Assembly: GCF_006345805.1 (NCBI RefSeq)
Contig: NC_043003.1
Location: 55,614,001-55,678,000, forward strand
DNA length: 64,000 bases
Direction of reading: 5' to 3'
DNA from: Octopus sinensis
Lineage: Eukaryota
Numbering within the stretch: position 1 is the first letter of the stretch; every line of letters starts with the position of its first letter. The notes beneath the pieces are model-generated. The model had not been told where the DNA came from and searched no databases. It saw only the letters and a list, made by a program, of their open reading frames with translations. Made by a program: the position numbers and the translations under genes. Positions 53,982 through 64,000 of this stretch are shown piece after piece.

Positions 53982-55095
53982 GTGTGTGTGTGTGTGTATT
54001 TGTTAAGGAGGATAACAAGCGCTTAGACAAACATCTCAAGTCACATATACCTTATTATCAATAAAATATTTTAAGTCTTATAGCTGTATGTGGCTTTAGA
54101 TGAATGTCTTGCCTTCGAATTTGTTGTCCTGTTTAACAAAGATATATCCGTTATATCGGAAATATACAATGGTTCTGTAAGTCCCGTCTCGGCTCTAAGA
54201 TTGCAGCCCTGGTAATTCGTTACACCACTTACACAGCGTATCTATCCTTTTAGATCACTTGTGAACTAAACCCCCATATTTTGTATTTGTCTGCACCAGC
54301 ATGGCCGCAGTCAATTGCCTACAACAATTAAAAGAACATATATATATATTTAGTCTGGGGAGAGTGGTTTAGTTTTAATGCCTTATCATTTAACACAGGC
54401 GTCAGTTCACCTTCCACTCATTAATTTTCTTTCCTAAAACTTTCGTTGCTTCTTGCAACCTTATCAATAGTTAATTAATCTCTAAGAATCCATCTATCTA
54501 TCTATTGTTCTACCTACCTGTGTATATATATATATATATGTATGTATGTGAGTGTGTATGTAAATTTATATACACATATATAGATATGTATTGGTGTGTG
54601 AGTGTGTGTGTGTATGTGTGTGTGCATGTGTGTCTGTGTGTGCGAGTGAGCGTATCTGTGTGTATGTGTGTGTGTGTGTGTTTATGCTAAAGAAATCAGA
54701 TGAGGGAGTAATCCACTCAGATATAGTCAAATATAATATTTGTTTCGAAGTACAGAAAATTCGAGTGGTTTTGTTTAAAAATAAAATCATCCTACGAAAG
54801 GAAATGATATGTTGTATACATGCATGTTTGAATATATATAAATGCGTAATCGGCATTTAAAAAAATAGCATTTTATACATGAAAGTTAAACTGATAGACC
54901 TTCGTGACGTGCAACACACATGAGTTGCATGCGAAAGGAACAACTTACTTATTACAGAGCAAATCGCCTGACAGTATTTTCTTAACGTATGCTCAGTTTA
55001 GTTATTTTTTTCTATTTGCTATATCATGATATTTTTATCGCTTTAAGTATTATTGAGTTAGAATTGTCATTTAACATTGTCGATAATGATAAACT

Positions 55096-55138
<43 letters not shown>

Positions 55139-55260
55139 TATACTTGTACATATATAATATGTACTTTATTCTTCATTATAGGAAAGCATTCTACTAAGAT
55201 TTGGAAGGTTGGAGAAAAAATATGGTGGCGGATATCATTCTTTTACACGCTTCAATTATT

Positions 55261-55392
55261 TGCTTCCAGTCATTTTGGGGCAGCGCCTTGAAAGGTTTTA
55301 GCTGAAGAATTCGACCCTAGTACTGATCCTTTAAAGCCTAGAACTTGCTCTTTTGCCACCCTGTTAAGTTACGGGTACGTAAACACAACACT
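55261..55392 (-). mobile_element. SINE family A, 3' half, diverged
   Basis: CAGTCATT..GCGCCTTGAAAGG..TCGACCCTAGTACT..GTTAAGTTACGGG.ACGTAAACAC. Confidence 0.7.
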
Positions 55393-55393
55393 G

Positions 55394-55430
<37 letters not shown>

Positions 55431-55432
<2 letters not shown>

Positions 55433-55803
55433 TAATAATTATCACCAAGCTAATATAGTATTCTAGAAATATAGGACGAATGCTGCCGTGGATTAGCTCC
55501 AAAAGGCCATCGCCTTTAGCTAAATATATGACACACGAAACTGTGTCTATTATAACCTTCGAAAAGTGGAGCTCAGCCGCTTCCTGTTGCTCCTCAGGCA
55601 TCTGCAGTCTTGTATCAGGATATTTGCCCCTTATCAATGCTCCGTAAAGGAAAGCAGCTGACGTCCCCTGTTCGAAGGTTCTAATGGACACAAGTTCGTA
55701 TGTAACATAGTTAGCTAGAGGCGATGGCCTCTTGAAGCTAATCAACGGCAGCATTCGTTCTATATTTCCGGACTGCGATATTAGCTTGGCGATAACTATT
55801 AAT
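55431..55803. mobile_element. Foldback MITE, ~150-bp arms, ~65-nt spacer
   Basis: ATTAATA.TTATC.CCAAGCTAATAT...AAATATAG.ACGAATGCTGCCGT.GATTAGCT.CAA.AGGCCATCGCCT.TAGCTAA...AACCTTCGAA matches the rc of 55671-55803; weaker pairing continues to ~55584/55649. Confidence 0.9.
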
Positions 55804-56115
55804 ATCCAGTACCACACTGCCATGCCTAGCATAAACATTTCAAGAGTTTTAACATGAAAACTTCTAATATATTGGGAGGGTGATTACGTCGAGACACATT
55901 TCAATCTTACTTAGTGGAGAGAGGACACACCATTGAAGAGATCGGGAATGATAACGAAAGTTCTTTCTCAAACAACAGGCAACTTTTTGATTGATTGCTT
56001 AACCGACTGATTAAGGAAGCGATATATTAGTTGATTGGTTAAGTAACTGAAGAATTGATTAATAATGAATTTAAATTAACGAGTGTGTGTTTGCATGTGT
56101 GTAGTGCCCGCGCGC

Positions 56116-57175
56116 TTATTATTAGCATATAATCCTCTCCAAGACGCAGCCAACTTTATTGCAATATATATTGCAGTAAAATCTAAGAAAAATTATACAA
56201 GAATGAATTATGAATGAGTTATTAAAAGCAATTGATATGTCTGTATTTATGCTATTATTTCTATTATGCTGAACTGTCGTATATCCAAATTTGGCCAAAT
56301 TCGTTTCTTTCAATATTTATTTTACCTGTAACAGCCAGTCCTTTGAGTGAAATTATCGTATTTGCTCATACTATCGTATCTCCAGCTGCTTCAGGAGCCA
56401 AGGTACGAAAAATTGTCCAAGTGTAGTGCAACGGTTTTGCTATGGAATAGTGAAACTACATTTTCGTTTTCCATAAAAGCAACGTTTTGGACTTACGACA
56501 CTTTTCAATAATAGTAACAATGTACACATATATATCAAATACAAACTTATTCTTTATGTTTTTTTAAAATCTGAAATGGCATATTTATATTGCCTTACGT
56601 AGCTAATTTTGTATTTTAATTTTTAACGCCAAAATTTTTGTATATAATTTATCATTGGTATCATGACACCACACGTTGATATCTGTCTTTTCTGTTTATC
56701 ACTTTATTTTACTCTATTTCAAACTGAAACTTTGCAATATATCAGAGAGGCGAAATATCTAAACAGAACAATTGGCAAATGATAATGTATTTAAATTAAC
56801 CAGTGTGTGTGTGTGTGTGTGTGTGTGTGGTTATTACAGCCATATAAGCCTCCTCAAGACACAGCAAACTTTATTGCAATATATGAATGAATTCGAATTA
56901 AAATCTTGGAAAACTTATACAAGAATGAGTTATGAATAAATTATTAAAAGCAATAGATACGTAGGTATGTATGTATGTTTTTATGTTTGTATATATAAAA
57001 TATCTACAATGTTTTTCATCTTAAGTGGTATATTTACATTGCATTGCATCACTAATTTTGTATTTGTATTTTCATTTTTAACTTCAATATTCGTGCATAA
57101 TTTAACATTGGTGTCATGACACCACACGTTGGCATCAATCTTTTCTGCTTTTTTCCAACTTTATTTTACTCTATT
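56116..57175. repeat. Old local tandem duplication (56116-56718 versus 56831-57175)
   Basis: Shared CAAGAC.CAGC.AACTTTATTGCAATATAT, TATACAAGAATGA.TTATGAAT, TCATGACACCACACGTTG, ACTTTATTTTACTCTATT. Confidence 0.85.
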
Positions 57176-57569
57176 GCAATGCAATCTGATATCTTGTTTT
57201 TCACTTTACCTCCTAAGGAAAACAGGTTTATTTCAAAACTATTTTGAAATAGTTGAGTTTTCTTAGTGCACATTTACATGTTTTCCATATCTTCAGTCTA
57301 TACACACCTTCAATCCCGAGATGCCATATTTTCTCAGAGTTGATACCATAACTGTATATCATGCTACAAATGGTTAATACCCAACCTTAATTCGTTTCTG
57401 TCTCTTCCATGATCTAGATACCATCGGTGGAAACTGTAATTTATAAGGACATTATCAACGTCATCACATTATACCATAGCAAACTGGTACTCTTCCACTT
57501 AGTAGAAAAATTCACCCATCTCTCCACCTTTCTGTACAGCGACCATAACTGTCTTCCCTTCTAACTGCT

Positions 57570-57780
57570 TTCAATTTTTGGCACACGTCCAGCAAGTCGG
57601 TGAGGAGTGTGAGTGGGTTACATCGACCCCAGTACTTGACTGGCATTTATTTTATCGTACCCCGAAAGGATGAAAGGCAAAGTTGACCTCAGCAGAATTT
57701 GAACTCAGATCGTAAAGACTGACGAAATCTGCCGAGTATTCTGTCCAGCGTGCTAACGTTTCTGCCAGTTTGCAGCCATT
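57570..57780 (-). mobile_element. SINE family B
   Basis: CATCGACCCCAGTAC..CCCGAAAGGATGAAAGGCAAAGTTGACCTCAGCAGAATTTGAACTCAG..GCTAACGTTTCTGCCAG. Confidence 0.85.
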
Positions 57781-57905
57781 TCTACAGTTGTAATTTACTA
57801 GCTTTCTATTAATCAATTATTGTGTTCAAGCTGCTATTAATTTACTTATTTGTATTTCATTATTTTCGTTCTTAATTCTATATAAATTCTACTAGTTCTA
57901 TTAAT

Positions 57906-58213
57906 GTGGCTGTGTGGTAAGTAGCTTGCTTACCAACCACATGGTTCCAGGTACATTCCCACTGTGTGGTACCTTGGACAATTGTTTTCTACTATAGCCG
58001 CGGGTCGACCAAAGCCTTGTGAGTGGATTTGCTAGACGGAAACTGACAGAAGCCCGTCGTATATATGTATATATATATATGTTTATGTATATATTTGTGT
58101 GTCTGTGCTTGTCCCCGCAGCATCGCTTGACAGCAGATGTCAGTGTGTTTAAGTCCCCCGATAGAATAAGTGCTAAGTTTACAAAGAATAAATCCTGGGG
58201 TGGATTCGCTCGA
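57906..58213 (+). mobile_element. SINE family A, 3'-truncated
   Basis: GTGGCTGTGTGGTAAGTAGCTTGCTTACCAACCACATGGTTCC..AAAGAATAAATCCTGGGGTGGATTCGCTCGA. Confidence 0.9.
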
Positions 58214-58354
58214 ATTTGTCGAAAAAACCGACCCAAGTACTTAGTCTTTGTAAACCTAGTATTTATTCTATCGGTCTCATTTGTCGAACCGCTAAGTTAC
58301 GGTTACATAAACACACGAACATCAGTGTAAATCATGGTGGGAGGACAAACAAAG

Positions 58355-58415
<61 letters not shown>

Positions 58416-58554
58416 CATATACATACATAAAATCCACTCACAAAGCTTTGGTCGATCCGATGTTATAGTAGAAGGAATTTGCCCCAGGCGCCATGCATTG
58501 TTACTGAAACCGGAACACTATGGTTAAGAAGCAAGATCCTTAGCACAGAGCCAC
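58214..58554 (-). mobile_element. SINE family A, 3'-truncated, inverted relative to its neighbour
   Basis: CGACCCAAGTACTTAGTCTTTGTAAACCTAGT..TTCTATCGG..AATCCACTCACAAAGCTTTGGTCG..CACAGAGCCAC. Confidence 0.85.
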
Positions 58555-59100
58555 ATGTACACACGCCCACACACACGGATACACACATATATACATATAC
58601 ATACATACATACATACATACATACATACATACATACATAGAAACATACGTACAAACATACATATGTATATATTGGGTATATACACACACAATTTCTTTCT
58701 CTCTTTTTTTTTCTCTCTCTCTCTCTGTCTCTCACGCACACGCTCAAACATGCACACGCAGAGTTATTGTTGTGTTGATAGTATTATCCTGGGAAGCTAC
58801 ACTCTGCCATAGATGCAGTATATATGTACAGCTAAGAAGCAGGGTATTTAAGAGAGAAACGGATAAATATACCGTATCTTTGTATATCTCTTCCTAGAAA
58901 GAAGAAAAAAGGAAATCTGACGGAATCGTCCTATTCTCTCATTTCAGATTTCATCTGTTACTGATTTCCAAATTTAACTGACCAAGTGGTCACACATCAT
59001 GTACAGATAGGTAGTGTTTTATCTAAGTGCGTATTCAGACAAGCACGCCCACACACACAGACCTCGCACGCATATATCTATCTATCTATCTATCTATCTA

Positions 59101-59171
<71 letters not shown>

Positions 59172-62100
59172 ATATTTATATACACACATATATATATATA
59201 TACATATCAACATACATTCATATATGTATATGTAATATATATATATATACATACACACACACAGACATACATTCATAGATATGTACATACATACATACAC
59301 ATACATACATACATACATACATACATACATACATACATACATACATACATACATGCATGCATACATACGCACGTACGGACGTGCGTATGTATGCATGTTT
59401 TGTGGAGAGAAATCTACATATACCGGTGTAAAGAATGAAAATCTTCTCGTATGTACCGTTGCAATGATATCTCTAAAACTCGCTTGCACATGCAATGAAT
59501 TAGTCTATTATTTTTATATCTTTATGCATGGAAAATATCTAATATTTGGATTTAGAATAGTACGACGCATTTTTTGACGAGAACAACGTAATTGTTCATA
59601 TAACATTGCTGAACAGATGATGATCGTACCATAATATACGAAATGGGCTTTCTAAGAAGTAAACGGAAATTATAAAATCTTCTAGCATCAGTCTATATTG
59701 AATTTATTTTAGCAATGGTGGTGGTGGTACCGAGTGGCTTCCTCGATGAATTCGGTGGGAGTCATTAAAATCACATATACTTCTAAACTTAAAATTTAAT
59801 GTCTTTTCCAAATACACATCCCTGGTGGTAATGCTTTTTGATTGAACTTCCATAGAATAACCGCCGATCTTTCTCACTTGGTTTCGTTCTGTCTGTTTGT
59901 CTGTCTGTCTGTTGGTCTGTATGTCTGTCCGTCTCTCTCTCCCTATATCCGTTTATCTATTACTATATACATACACACACAAGAACACACTTATATAAAT
60001 ATATATATCATTCCCACTCTTTATCACTCACTATTTCTTCTTTGCTATTACAGATAAACTGAAATTGGAGAAATCCAGATAGTTATGAGAGCGAAGTGAC
60101 AAAAATGATAGACGAGCGAAAATGTTTGTTGTATTACAAGAAGAGTAACTAAAATCGTAACCTCGAGACACTTTTACATATTTCAAAGTAAAATAAATTC
60201 TTAGATAAAAAGAAACGATTTCTAGGAAACATTAAGCCTTTGGGAGATATTAAAACATTCAGAAAGCTATTCCCATTAAACATAGAAACAGTATTACAGT
60301 AATACTGTGACATGAAGCCGATAATATATTATTACTACATGCTGTTGGTTAAACTGAAAGTTCGATATATCTTATTTTTCTGTTGATGTTATGCACGAGT
60401 GAAATATTCTTCGACAAGATTAGTAATCCATATTCACACTAAAACGAAACATGCTCGATATCCATTGCGCGCCATATTCAACAAATATCTTTTACTATGG
60501 TTTCATGTCTTCTATGATAGAATCATGCTCGTACATGGTTTGAACGAAAATATATCGCAGGCTTGCTGAATGCAGTGCACCTATACCCGGGTGGGTGTAG
60601 ATGCAATCTAGTTTAACATTATTCCCCAAACAGTATTTGCATACGTGTAGCATGTTCTATTCCGTCTCGAGCTTTGTGGCAGTATATTGCCTCTGCATTT
60701 CTCCACTCTTGTGTTTTTCTCCACTCTTGTAAATGCTAACTGGCACTGCCTTTGTTCACTTAAATAATTCAAAAACTGCCATAGCGTAGATGTTAATGTC
60801 AAATATGTGTAGCTATAAATTAATGAGAAATTTTCTGCATCGGAATTTAGTCCGCTATGTAATAACATTTATGAAAGCGTGATACCTATGAAAGGTCTAG
60901 CAGGCAATATGAAACTTCGATGCAATTTCAACAGGCCACAATATTCTGTAAATGTATATCCTGTATAATGTTTTATCACTAGATTGGTGATTGTAATGAA
61001 ACTGTTCACATTATACTGATGCTATTACAATAATAACGAAATTGTTCGGAGACCCATTCCATACTTAACAGAAAAATTTGTACATTATATTCACAGTTTT
61101 TTTTTTCTGAGCATGTAAATATTTTTGACTTGAAAAGTGATATATCATGTATTAAATAAGTAAATATCACAATAATTTCTATGATTTTTATGGATTGTTG
61201 TCCTTCAGGAAATTTCTTCTATAAATGCTCCTAACTTATTTGCTGACCTGTGAAAATTATGATACATTCACATTGGTATAATCATTCATCACTACTTATG
61301 TGAGTAGATTCATATCGTGCTTTGCTGATGAGATTATGATAGAGCGAATGATTATAATAGAGCTGTTATCTCACTTTCTTGAAAACAAAATCATTTCAGA
61401 TATTGATGGACATTGCTTTCCTCCTCAACGTAAATTTATTTGTAACTAACTTTTTAATCCCTCGTTGCATTAGATATGTTCACTCAAACTTGAACGTTGT
61501 GCAGTAAATGTGCATATGACATTCACAAATTGGATATAAACGAAGGTTGCCGAGTAGTATTTTTGTCAAATAGCATCTTCCATTCTATAATGAAATGTTA
61601 ACTAATAGCACTTTACATTTGAACAAAATATGATGTGAGAAAAACTGGATTTATGTTAAGGATGCATTGGCAATATTTCTGTCATAATAAGGGCGCGCCT
61701 GTTTTCCTATTTAGCCCTGCAAACTCGTCATTATTTATGGTGCAGCTAATGCGTTTAACATAAATATATATTTTTTACAGCAGTGTTTACTTGTTGAGGG
61801 CTGTTTGGGTTAAATTTATTGAAAATGAATATTGCACATGCCAGTACGAAGTGAGAAATGCATTGTTTTAAGCTTATGAATTCGATCTAAATTCAGAGCC
61901 CAAGCGGATAGAAATGACTGCAAAACGTACCGCAAATCATATACTACAGTCTTGCAAATGTAATTATAGGAGGAAAATATGATTATCGAATGTCTTTCAT
62001 TATTGGTTTGATAATTCGGGTGACATAACGTTAAGCAATAAAAAATATTTCCTGAATTCACCTTATCTGAATCCGAGGAATATGTCACAGAAAAATATTG

Positions 62101-62354
62101 CTACAGGAATAAAAAAAGGGGGGAAAGATATCAAAGGTAAACGGGCCAGAAAAATATGTTACATATAAAAAGGCAAAGGGAAAAAATATATCATAGGTAG
62201 AAAAACTGAGGCGGAAAATGTTTTAGGAAAAAGTAAATGTTTCTTCAATTTCATTGTTATATTTGAAAAATACAATAAAGCGTCATTCTTTTGCCTTGCA
62301 TTTAAATGCAGGTTTTTAAGTTTATCTAACTGTCTGTATGTCTGTCTGTCTGTG

Positions 62355-62428
<74 letters not shown>

Positions 62429-62429
62429 A

Positions 62430-62504
<75 letters not shown>

Positions 62505-62567
62505 GCAGTTTGTCTCTCAATTTAGCTTTCAATACATTAGTTATACACGCACACACAAAGACACACT

Positions 62568-63035
62568 TTTTCGAACAACGAATGAAACAAATGCAGATTT
62601 TTTTTTTAATGTATCCTCTTTTCATTTTGTTCATGTTTTCTCGATGTCCTGCAAAAATATATGCACGTATATATACATATATATGTAGGTATGTACATAT
62701 ATATATATGCATGCATATATATACCGTTTGTTTTTTTACTGTTTTGTTCTTACTGTCCTATTTTTGTTACCACTATATCCTTCCGCATATCCCAAATTTT
62801 ATTTAATTTGCTTTGCGGGAACGACTGTTTTAACGAAGTCGCTTCTTGTCCATACGTTCGAAACGCGGAATAGATAAAACAGGGGACAACTGATGAAAGG
62901 ATTGTTCTTTATGTTGCCTGTCTCGTTCCTCTATTTAATTGTCTCGTTGTTCGAAAAAAAGTTCGTATTCCATGTTTTTTTTTTTTCATCTTCTCGTTTT
63001 TCATTTTGTTCATATTTTTTTGACGTGCTGTACCC
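62568..63035 (+). mobile_element. Penelope-like terminal region with direct and inverted partial copies
   Basis: TTTTCGAACAACGA (62568) is the rc of TCGTTGTTCGAAAA (~62944). TTTTCATTTTGTTCAT.TTTT.T.GA.GT.CTG occurs twice, each followed by a TA-rich tract. Confidence 0.55.
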
Positions 63036-63039
63036 ATAT

Positions 63040-63235
63040 ATGCATATATATATCTGTAGAATAATATGTGACAATTATTCAATAGTCAAGATAAAACTCT
63101 GAGTGTTTCGGATGCCGAAGTGGAAATCCACAACACCATCTCTTCGGTTATCTGGCCATCTGAAAAACGCTATGAAAAAATACCGTTATATAAAGGGAAA
63201 TTACTGTGTTATAAATTCATCTACTTATATTAATT
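63040..63235 (-). mobile_element. Second Penelope-like 3' terminus, tail-to-tail with the previous one
   Basis: Carries a hammerhead fold and runs into (TA)n ~50 nt downstream. Confidence 0.55.
63089..63153 (-). ncRNA. Type I hammerhead ribozyme motif
   Basis: rc AGATAA-CCGAAGA-GATG(GTGTT GTGG ATTT CCAC TTCGG)CATC-C-GAAA-CACTCAGA-GTT-TTATCT. 6-bp stem I AGAUAA/UUAUCU, extended stem II, weak stem III, GUU triplet. Confidence 0.7.
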
Positions 63236-63699
63236 AAGATTAAATGGTCATAGCAAACACGTAAGCATGGCTACTCATGCGCTCACATGGGTGCTCGCGC
63301 ACTCATGTGCTTACTTATACGTCACTATGAAAACGTACACATCTTCACTCGAATATTTCGCCAAAAGTATATGCATATATATATACAAACTTATACACAC
63401 ACATGCGTACCGTAAAAGTTCATACATACGTCTGTATACGCACAAGCACCAGAAAAAACATTGGTTAAAGGTAACAATACAGAAAAAAACAACAATACAG
63501 AAAAAACATAAGGAAGTATACAAAGCGTAAAAACCACGTTCATATACGGACATACCCTTATGCACTCATACACACACACGCCCATATATGTACATATCTG
63601 CACATGTTTATATACGCACACACACACACGCATACACAAAATGAATTATACATATGCCCAAAAAACCCGAACAAATTGTAAAGATACTTATTAAAAACG

Positions 63700-63754
<55 letters not shown>

Positions 63755-64000
63755 TTATGCCCGCACACACGCACACATCTATATACATACACACCCGCCC
63801 ACTCATATATATTCACCGACGTGTACAAATAAATCAATATACTCGTCTATATAGGCACAGGAAAAAATGCAGAATGGAAGAGTAGAGAAAAAAATATGTG
63901 TAAAAATATAAACATATATGAAATAATAAAAGGTATAATGAGATAAAAAAACTTTTTGGGACATAATATAGAAAGCAAGTTCTATCTGTATTCTTAGGGG

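Overview
AT-rich eukaryotic genomic DNA dominated by microsatellites and transposable-element (TE) debris, with one 100-N assembly gap. The SINE families and the extreme (TA)n/(CA)n/(GATA)n/(AAT)n load look like an octopod (Octopus-like) genome; this is recognition from the sequence, not a database result. No complete host gene can be supported. Most long ORFs in the track are translated microsatellites, and the recognisable protein fragments are TE-derived: a young 5'-truncated CR1-type LINE RT (52391-53860, one stop codon), an internally deleted Helitron, mariner derivatives, and R4/Dong-like, RTE-like and Penelope/Naiad-like remnants. There are at least four tRNA-derived SINE families and several foldback/MITE elements. 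The most interesting signals are: (i) two hammerhead-ribozyme folds in unrelated Penelope-like termini, both with a C4 core variant (CCGANGA) and a GUU cleavage triplet; (ii) a ~600-bp foldback element whose spacer carries TTAGGG repeats; (iii) near-perfect hairpins sharing a terminal motif; (iv) a SINE/LINE shared 3' tail visible within the window; (v) a mariner derivative built from two 5' ends. Element boundaries were read by eye and are approximate.
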